From the NCBI RefSeq assembly GCF_030813165.1, contig NZ_JAUSTZ010000007.1, positions 170,035-194,034 of the forward strand: 24,000 nt of DNA, written 5' to 3'. Origin of the DNA: Metabacillus niabensis (GTDB taxonomy: Bacteria > Bacillota > Bacilli > Bacillales > Bacillaceae). The position numbers were made by a program, and so were the translations under genes. Each line of letters starts with the position of its first letter. Position 1 is the first letter of the stretch. Below are positions 18,381 through 24,000 of this stretch, piece after piece. The notes under the pieces are model-generated. The model saw only the letters and a program-made list of their open reading frames with translations. It searched no databases and was not told the DNA's origin.

Positions 18381-18899
18381 TTGATAGAAATTTTAACTAA
18401 TCGGTTAATGCTTATTCCTTGCTCATTGGATATTGCAAAATCGTTAGTATTTCATCGAAAAGAATTGGAACAGAGATCACCAATAGAGTTTCCATTAAAT
18501 TGGCCATCACCTTATGTGAAAGGTTTTCTTCCATACTACATTGAATGTTTAGAAAAAGAGGATGAAGAAAGTTATGAGTGTGGTCTTTGGTTAATTATTA
18601 AGTTTGAAGAAAAGAAAATAATTGGTGATATATTAATGCAAGGTAAGCCGAATAAGGAAGGCATTGTAGAACTTTCTTATCATGTAGATGAATTGTTTAA
18701 TGATGAAAGTATTGCATATGAAGCTGTAGATGCATTTATTGATTGGTTAACTTACCATAAGTCGGTTAAAAAAGTGATTATGGAATGTTCAATCGCACAA
18801 AATCAAGCAATTCGCTTATATAACAGATTAGGAATGATCTGTTCAAAAAAAGATGGTGAAATCTTAGTTTGGGAAATTCAGAAAAAGGATTTGCAATAA
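18381..18899 (+). CDS. GNAT family N-acetyltransferase (RimJ/RimL-like)
   Basis: N-terminal LTNRLMLIP is typical of the Acetyltransf_3 subgroup, with C-terminal NQAIRLYNRLGM. TTG start with GAGGAGAG upstream. Confidence 0.65.
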   Translation: MIEILTNRLMLIPCSLDIAKSLVFHRKELEQRSPIEFPLNWPSPYVKGFLPYYIECLEKEDEESYECGLWLIIKFEEKKIIGDILMQGKPNKEGIVELSYHVDELFNDESIAYEAVDAFIDWLTYHKSVKKVIMECSIAQNQAIRLYNRLGMICSKKDGEILVWEIQKKDLQ

Positions 18900-18945
18900 T
18901 TTTGTGGAACGTATTGACCAAATTAAGCAACTGTTACGAGAATAA

Positions 18946-18977
18946 TAAAAAAGCAAAGGGAATCTTTGCTTTTTTAT
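18946..18977. terminator. bidirectional terminator between the GNAT gene and the convergent ylbA-like gene
   Basis: A-run, GCAAAG (18953-18958) / CTTTGC (18964-18969), then T-run. Confidence 0.65.
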
Positions 18978-19091
18978 TGTTTAGAAAATGGTGGAAAGCG
19001 GTATAATGACTTGCAACATCTTTAAATCTTAGAAGCAGCCTTTTTCTAATACGTTTCTACCAGATCTAATCGCTTACAATTTTACTCTTGT

Positions 19092-19451
19092 TTAAATACT
19101 TACGTTTTTCAATGCCTCTGATAATTGATTCAATAATTTTTTACTTGTATTAATTACTCCGGTAGGAAAATGTTCACCTTCTCCGTATTCAACACCGTGA
19201 GGATAGTAATGCTTACCTAGTAATGGAGTTAATAACTTTATTACAGCGTATCTTCCTCCAACATCTCCCTCAACAGCATATCCTTGAACACGTAAATAAA
19301 AAACATCGCCTTTTACTTCAATTTTTCTGTCATATGTTACTCGTTCATAGTCCCATTGATCTGCTCTAACGAGTCCGATGTCTTCCATTATTAAATCAAG
19401 CCGTGATAATTCGATTGTTAAACCTTCTAAACCAGTATCTTCGATTCTCAT
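19092..19451 (-). CDS. YlbA-like / YugN-like family protein of unknown function
   Basis: 119 aa with AGGAGGG 8 nt upstream of the ATG. Size and location after the cta cluster match B. subtilis ylbA. The family name is from memory and is not verified. Confidence 0.55.
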   Translation of the reverse strand: MRIEDTGLEGLTIELSRLDLIMEDIGLVRADQWDYERVTYDRKIEVKGDVFYLRVQGYAVEGDVGGRYAVIKLLTPLLGKHYYPHGVEYGEGEHFPTGVINTSKKLLNQLSEALKNVSI

Positions 19452-19869
19452 AGGTATTTCCCTCCTAAAGCCTTTTCACTCATTATATTATAACTTAAAT
19501 CATTTCATAAAATAAAGTGAATAAACAATGTGGAATAGACATTTATTTAACAGGACAGCTGAAAGCAAATTTTATAAATGATAGACTCCCCAAAATAAAT
19601 AATAGTATGAAAATTCCTAACTTGCAATGCTATGCAATTTTTTATTTGTTCTCATATTTTTTACTGAGAGAAAAATATGGATAAAATTCTCTTGGTGGTA
19701 TTAAACCATAGGCTCTATATATTTCGAGACTATATTCAAATGTCAGAGGTAAATAATGAAAGAAACAATAGTAGTATATAGTAGAACAAGCCTACCAAGG
19801 TTTTAATTCATGTTTATTTTAAATTTTAAAGATTTACCCTTGACAAAGGAGGACTTCATCCAAACTAAA

Positions 19870-19878
19870 TGATATAAT
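19870..19878 (+). promoter_or_regulatory. extended -10 element (TGaTATAAT), candidate promoter for the ylbC-like gene
   Basis: TGATATAAT at 19870-19878. A TTGACA hexamer begins about 27 nt upstream of the TATAAT, too far for a normal spacer. Confidence 0.4.
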
Positions 19879-20034
19879 AATATTGAGTTATATTTAATTT
19901 TATTAAGCGATAATGTTTAAGTAGATAATTTTTGGGGATAATAGTAATACTACTAAAACTCAGAATAAACTAGAATAACTATGGTTCGTTTTCATATAAT
20001 AATAGAAACATTCAGGCTGAAGGAGGGGAGTAAC

Positions 20035-21120
20035 ATGCGAATCATCTTTCGAACTGTTGTCATTTTTTTAATCATTTTTGTTAGTTATGTATTGTTTATA
20101 TATTTTGGACAATACACGCCTTCAGAACAACATGAAAATGAAGATGTTCAAATCTCAAATGAAGAATTACCAAATGAAGACAATAAAAAAGAGGGAAGAG
20201 ATGCTTCACAAAAATTACCTGAAGATGGAATTTTGTCCTTAATGAATAAATCATCAGAGGAAATAACGGCCCAACTTGGTGAACCAGATCGAATAGATCC
20301 TTCAGCATATGACTATGATTGGTGGATATATCAACAATCTGAAAAACAATATATTCAAATAGGGATTTTGAATCAAAAGGTAGTCACAGTTTATGGGATA
20401 GGTGAAGAGGTAAATGTAGAGCCTTTAAAAATAGGACAATCAGTACAAGAAGTTTTCAAGACGGTTCAAATTACTCCAACACTATCTTTAGAACATAATG
20501 GGAACACATATCGATTTGAGTTATCTGAGGAAGATATGAATACACGTCCAACAGTTAAAATTGGTGAAGTGTATGTACAACTATATATAGACAAATTTGA
20601 TGGGATTTTGTCAAGTATAAGAGCGATGGATGCTGAAACCTTTATTAAGCAACGGTCCTACGAGGTTACTTACCGAGGTGAATTGATAGAACCTCAAGAT
20701 GTAAGTGAGGAAAAATGGGAGAAAATCGAGGAAGGCTCTGAAAAGCAAATTCTTTCTATTACAAATATAATGCGGGTAAGACATCATGTTCCTGCAGTTA
20801 AGTGGGACGAAGAGACGTCAAAGGTTGCATTTTTGCATAGTGAGGATATGAAAAAAAATAATTATTTTTCTCACGAAACACCAAGTGGTGAGACACTAGT
20901 TGATCGACTTGGTGAGCAAAATATTAAATACGAGATGGCTGGTGAGAATATTGCAGCTCATTACGTAGATGGTATAGCAGCATCTGAAGGCTGGCTTAAT
21001 AGTAAGGGACATCGTGATACTATGTTAAATGAAGAATTTACACATTTAGGTGTAGGTGTAGATGAATTGTATTATACACAAAACTTTATAAAGACATGGG
21101 AACAAGTTAATTTACATTAA
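20035..21120 (+). CDS. ylbC: CAP/SCP-domain protein with N-terminal membrane anchor (YlbC-like)
   Basis: I prefer ATG 20035 (MRIIFRTVVIFLIIF, GAAGGAGGGG upstream). C-terminal CAP motifs NNYFSHETPSGE, AGENIA and GWLNSKGHRDTMLN. Confidence 0.8.
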   Translation: MRIIFRTVVIFLIIFVSYVLFIYFGQYTPSEQHENEDVQISNEELPNEDNKKEGRDASQKLPEDGILSLMNKSSEEITAQLGEPDRIDPSAYDYDWWIYQQSEKQYIQIGILNQKVVTVYGIGEEVNVEPLKIGQSVQEVFKTVQITPTLSLEHNGNTYRFELSEEDMNTRPTVKIGEVYVQLYIDKFDGILSSIRAMDAETFIKQRSYEVTYRGELIEPQDVSEEKWEKIEEGSEKQILSITNIMRVRHHVPAVKWDEETSKVAFLHSEDMKKNNYFSHETPSGETLVDRLGEQNIKYEMAGENIAAHYVDGIAASEGWLNSKGHRDTMLNEEFTHLGVGVDELYYTQNFIKTWEQVNLH

Positions 21121-21146
21121 GGTTGGTTAAATACCAGCCTTTTTGT
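21119..21146 (+). terminator. terminator after ylbC
   Basis: AAGGTTGGT (21119-21127) pairs with ACCAGCCTT (21133-21141) with one G-U pair, followed by a T-run. Confidence 0.7.
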
Positions 21147-21317
21147 TGTTTTATCGATTGTGAAATGAAGTTATTAAAAGCTAAATGCAATGCATCAAGA
21201 TCAAAATGTCGTGATGACTAACGTTACGGCTTCTTTTTTGTCTTGATAAATGGGCGAACAGAATAAACATCAAATTGATATGATAAAGTAGGCAAATGTA
21301 TCAATGAGGTGAGGAAA

Positions 21318-21716
21318 ATGTCAACGAAGAAATCACATACTTCAATTCAACAATTTAAGGAATTTGTAAAGAGACACCCGAAGCTTGTTCAAGAGGTAAG
21401 AAAAGGACAAAAGGAATGGCAGGAAGTGTTTGAGGATTGGTATTTGTTAGGGGAAAATGATATTATCTGGAATCAATATAAAGAGGAAAAAGCAGAGGAA
21501 GCTGGAAATAAAGAGGAAGATAAAGTAGATTTTATGTCACAAATGCTAACTGCAGTAAAAAAAATGGATATGAATCAAGTGAACCACCATATTTCAAATA
21601 TGAGTAATACAATAACAACGATACAACAATTATTTGACCAATTTGGTCTGACAAAAGGCGGGAACAAACCTTCTTCTGGTGGGAATCAGCATCCTTTTTC
21701 CTTCCGAAAAGATTAA
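21318..21716 (+). CDS. ylbD: YlbD-like protein (putative spore coat protein family)
   Basis: MSTKKSHTSIQQFKEFVKRHPKLVQEVRKGQKEWQEVFEDWYLLGE. I prefer ATG 21318 (GGTGAGGA upstream). 132 aa, the same length as I recall for B. subtilis YlbD. Confidence 0.8.
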   Translation: MSTKKSHTSIQQFKEFVKRHPKLVQEVRKGQKEWQEVFEDWYLLGENDIIWNQYKEEKAEEAGNKEEDKVDFMSQMLTAVKKMDMNQVNHHISNMSNTITTIQQLFDQFGLTKGGNKPSSGGNQHPFSFRKD

Positions 21717-21746
21717 TGGAATATATAAGATTGGAAGGGGCCTTAT

Positions 21747-21986
21747 ATGAGAAAGGAAATTCAAGAATATATCCAGTTAGATAAAGAGCGCCAGCAATTT
21801 CTTCGAGAGCAACCATATTGGTATCGAAAACTTGCAAGAAATCCAAATGATCTTGAATCGTTTGAAATTGCAATGATGAATTATTATCAAAAAACGATTC
21901 CACATAGAGTTGCGCATTTTTCGAATTCCTTGCAAATGGCGCAAATGATGATCGGGATGTTTCAAGCAATGCGACAATCAGATTGA
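21747..21986 (+). CDS. ylbE: YlbE-like protein
   Basis: MRKEIQEYIQLDKERQQFLREQPYWYRKLARNP. 79 aa, immediately after ylbD. Confidence 0.8.
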   Translation: MRKEIQEYIQLDKERQQFLREQPYWYRKLARNPNDLESFEIAMMNYYQKTIPHRVAHFSNSLQMAQMMIGMFQAMRQSD

Positions 21987-21988
21987 AG

Positions 21989-22022
21989 ACGACTTAAAAA
22001 AGTTTAAGTCGTTTTCTTTTTT
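21989..22022 (+). terminator. terminator after ylbE
   Basis: ACGACTTAAA (21989-21998) pairs with TTTAAGTCGT (22003-22012), followed by a T-rich run. Confidence 0.8.
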
Positions 22023-22078
22023 TGTATATTATGTTTTTCTATTTGTTTGCAAACAATATCAATAAAGGAGGGAATGTT

Positions 22079-22510
22079 ATGGGACGTACCATCATAATTT
22101 TATTGATAATAGGATTACTTGCCACCGGCTGCTCAAAGGACAGGCCAAGAGCCTTAGCGGAATTAGAAATAATTCCTGTATCATACTCAGAAAAGGATTC
22201 AAACGTATTAGAGGTTATGAGTCAACAAGAAAGGAAAGCAATTAAAATAAATCATCATATTAAAAACAAGGATATATATGTAGAATGCTACATACCGAAT
22301 TTTGTATATAAAGAAAAGGGAGGAAGTAAAAAGAATGGTGAAGGGCATCTTGGAATTTTTGTAGATGGAAAGTTAATTGATGAAATCTACACTGCGGCGT
22401 TTATTTTGAAAAATTTCCCCAAAGGAGAACATAGCATAAAGGTGGAAGTATTTCATAATGATTCTTCAAGCTATAATTTATCGAAAACTTGGATTGAATC
22501 GATTAAATAG
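22079..22510 (+). CDS. small lipoprotein of unknown function
   Basis: I prefer ATG 22079 (AAAGGAGGG upstream). Signal peptide with lipobox MGRTIIILLIIGLLATGC. The mature part is about 125 aa and beta-rich-looking (GEGHLGIFVDGKL, HSIKVEVFH). Confidence 0.65.
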   Translation: MGRTIIILLIIGLLATGCSKDRPRALAELEIIPVSYSEKDSNVLEVMSQQERKAIKINHHIKNKDIYVECYIPNFVYKEKGGSKKNGEGHLGIFVDGKLIDEIYTAAFILKNFPKGEHSIKVEVFHNDSSSYNLSKTWIESIK

Positions 22511-22572
22511 TTTATCACATTTTTCAAATGAGGATAATCGTGGTAAAATATTGTCGGAGGTGCAAATACTCT

Positions 22573-23022
22573 ATGTTTGCTACTATAGAAAGTATAATGT
22601 TACTTGATGAAGCGGAAAATTTAGCTAATTTAGTTCTTCAGTCAGAGCCTGCTGAAGAATACCGACTTCGTTATCATATATTAAAGAATGATAAAAATGC
22701 GCAAAGGATTATCAGTCAATTTTCTAAAACAAAAGAATTATATGAAGATGTGCAGCGTTTTGGAAAATATCATCCTGATTACAGGAAAATATCTAAAGAT
22801 ATGCGAGAGATAAAAAGAGAACTTGACTTGAATGAGAGTATTGCCAATTTTAAAAAGGCCGAAAATGAACTACAGTCATTACTTGATGAAATTAGTGTTC
22901 AAGTTGGTCAAGCAGTATCTGAGCATGTTAAGGTTCCTACAGGTAATCCGTTCTTTGATACAGGATCCAGTTGTGGTGGTGGCTGTGGATCAGGAGGAAG
23001 TTGTGGTTGTAAAGTTTCTTAA
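22573..23022 (+). CDS. ylbF: YlbF/RicF regulatory protein (competence, sporulation, biofilm; RicAFT complex)
   Basis: MFATIESIMLLDEAENLANLVLQSEPAEEYR...YEDVQRFGKYHPDYR...VPTGNPFFDTGSSCGGGCGSGGSCGCKVS, including the conserved C-terminal Cys cluster. 149 aa from ATG 22573. Confidence 0.9.
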   Translation: MFATIESIMLLDEAENLANLVLQSEPAEEYRLRYHILKNDKNAQRIISQFSKTKELYEDVQRFGKYHPDYRKISKDMREIKRELDLNESIANFKKAENELQSLLDEISVQVGQAVSEHVKVPTGNPFFDTGSSCGGGCGSGGSCGCKVS

Positions 23023-23050
23023 AAACGAGTCATTTGACTCGTTTTTTTTT
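23021..23050 (+). terminator. terminator after ylbF
   Basis: ACGAGTC (23025-23031) pairs with GACTCGT (23036-23042), followed by T9. Confidence 0.85.
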
Positions 23051-23172
23051 AGATAAGTGAAAAGAAGATATATTGTGAGAACAATGAAGATTTGCTAGAC
23101 TAACAATGTATGGATTTTTTATCGAATATAAATAAATGAAAATAAAAGAGATATATTTAAGGAGAATAAATT

Positions 23173-23445
23173 ATGTTTGAAAAGCGGCAAGGAATCGTTG
23201 TTTGGCTTCATTCTTTAAAACATGTAAAAATGTTAAGGAAATTTGGGAATGTACACTATGTATCTAAGCGATTAAAGTATGTCGTGTTATATTGTAATAT
23301 AGATGTAGTTGAACAAACTTTACAAAAATTATCTACATATTCATTTGTAAAACTCGCTGAACCATCATATAAGCCGTTTCTTAAGCTAGAATTTGAAACA
23401 AAAGTTGATAAAGCGAAGGAATATGACTATAAGTTAGGTTTATAA
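23173..23445 (+). CDS. ylbG: YlbG (UPF0298/DUF2129) protein
   Basis: [48 protein letters not shown] lies 8 nt upstream. 90 aa. Confidence 0.85.
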   Translation: MFEKRQGIVVWLHSLKHVKMLRKFGNVHYVSKRLKYVVLYCNIDVVEQTLQKLSTYSFVKLAEPSYKPFLKLEFETKVDKAKEYDYKLGL

Positions 23446-23640
23446 GCAACTGATGTTTTTAAACAACTCTATGTTAAAGATTAATGTAGATTTTAAAGCA
23501 CTTTGTTAGTTGGAATAAAAACAAGATACTCCTACAAGCTCATTAAGACAGGAGAGCAATTTAAAGTTACAGAAGCAGCAATAAGGAAAATTTTTTGTCA
23601 TATCATGAGAGAGCCAAACAAAAGTATAAATTCTTATTTT

Positions 23641-23685
23641 AAAGCGGGTGACTCTGAATCTTTTGAGTCACCCGCTTTCATTTAT
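23641..23685. terminator. strong 14-bp hairpin between ylbG and the convergent right-edge ORF
   Basis: AAAGCGGGTGACTC (23641-23654) pairs with GAGTCACCCGCTTT (23665-23678). The flanking T/A runs are only moderate. It abuts the stop of the minus-strand ORF. Confidence 0.6.
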
Positions 23686-24000
23686 TATCGTAACGGAGGA
23701 ATGTAATGATTAAGCCTTAAAATTCCAATTAAGTGTTGATAGTATAAATCAATTTCTGAAAAAATCGTTGAAGGTTTTACATCGAGTTCAATGATGTCCA
23801 TTTGTAAATAAGTTGCAAGTTCTTTAAAAAGGTCGTATCGTTTATTTTCTTTCACATGTGGATTCGGGATCCCCTCTCGACATATATATAATGCTTGGAA
23901 ATCACCTGGATTTGTTGGCTGCATTGCAACAACTAAAGATGAAACTGGATTATTATTCACCTCGGTATGTAGTACTAAAAGTCTTGAAACTCTATGTTTA
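23685..24000 (-). CDS. hypothetical protein, C-terminal part; the reading frame stays open to the right window edge
   Basis: The track starts it at GTG 23960, but by my reading the frame has no stop up to 24000 (...KHRVSRLLVLHTEVNNNPVSS...) and the GTG lacks a separate SD, so the gene probably starts beyond the window. I recognise no family. Confidence 0.45.
   Translation of the reverse strand, partial: KHRVSRLLVLHTEVNNNPVSSLVVAMQPTNPGDFQALYICREGIPNPHVKENKRYDLFKELATYLQMDIIELDVKPSTIFSEIDLYYQHLIGILRLNHYIPPLR

Noticed and set aside
20096-20308. 70-aa minus-strand ORF
   Set aside because: Antisense to the ylbC-like gene.
21532-21977. Minus-strand ORFs of 145 and 66 aa
   Set aside because: Antisense to ylbD and ylbE, both of which match conserved families and have SD sites.
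22540-22548. Extended -10-like TGGTAAAAT upstream of ylbF
   Set aside because: The predicted transcription start would fall on or inside the ylbF SD (GGAGGTG, 22555-22561). Co-transcription with the upstream lipoprotein gene seems more likely. Not reported as a feature.
22832-23056. 74-aa plus-strand alternative frame in the ylbF 3' region
   Set aside because: It is an out-of-frame overlap with ylbF, whose frame carries the conserved Cys-rich C-terminus.
23503-23706. 67-aa TTG-initiated plus-strand ORF after ylbG
   Set aside because: No SD. It runs through the 14-bp terminator hairpin and overlaps the convergent ORF's stop. Probably non-coding spacer.
1-24000. Possibility that the window hides a novel defence, toxin-antitoxin or mobile system
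   Set aside because: Every substantial ORF is accounted for by a recognisable housekeeping or conserved y-gene family in conserved order. There are no nucleases, helicases or ATPases of unknown context, no integrase or transposase, no terminal repeats, no CRISPR-like periodic repeats and no compositional island apart from a roughly 100-nt GC-rich patch.

Overview
This window reads as a conserved housekeeping block from a low-GC Bacillaceae (Bacillus-like) chromosome. From my memory of the gene order, it is colinear with the Bacillus subtilis 168 yktB-to-ylbG region. In order: yktB (partial), a small ykzI-position ORF, an inositol monophosphatase-family gene, a GNAT gene, a small membrane ORF, typA/bipA, ylaH, ylaI, ylaJ, ylaK (PIN+PhoH), ylaL-like, ylaN, ftsW, ctaA (divergent), ctaC-ctaD-ctaE-ctaF, ctaG, a DUF420/CtaM-like gene, a second GNAT gene, ylbA-like, ylbC-like (CAP domain), ylbD, ylbE, an extra small lipoprotein, ylbF (ricF), ylbG and a partial unknown minus-strand ORF at the right edge. 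Most genes have Shine-Dalgarno sites and most transcription units end in recognisable rho-independent terminators. I found no rRNA, tRNA, CRISPR array, transposase, integrase, IS end or phage gene, and no plausible defence or toxin-antitoxin cassette. I therefore see no support for a novel biological system here. The observations worth a second look are modest. (1) ctaB is absent from the ctaA/ctaC junction, which is instead a 776-bp AT-rich non-coding spacer with repeated TTCACAA heptamers. (2) A roughly 100-nt GC-rich structured element sits between ftsW and ctaA, where B. subtilis carries pycA. (3) A long three-helix hairpin lies in the typA 3' region. (4) There are small accessory insertions and a synteny break relative to B. 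subtilis. All product calls come from reading the translations and recalling family motifs; no database search was run.
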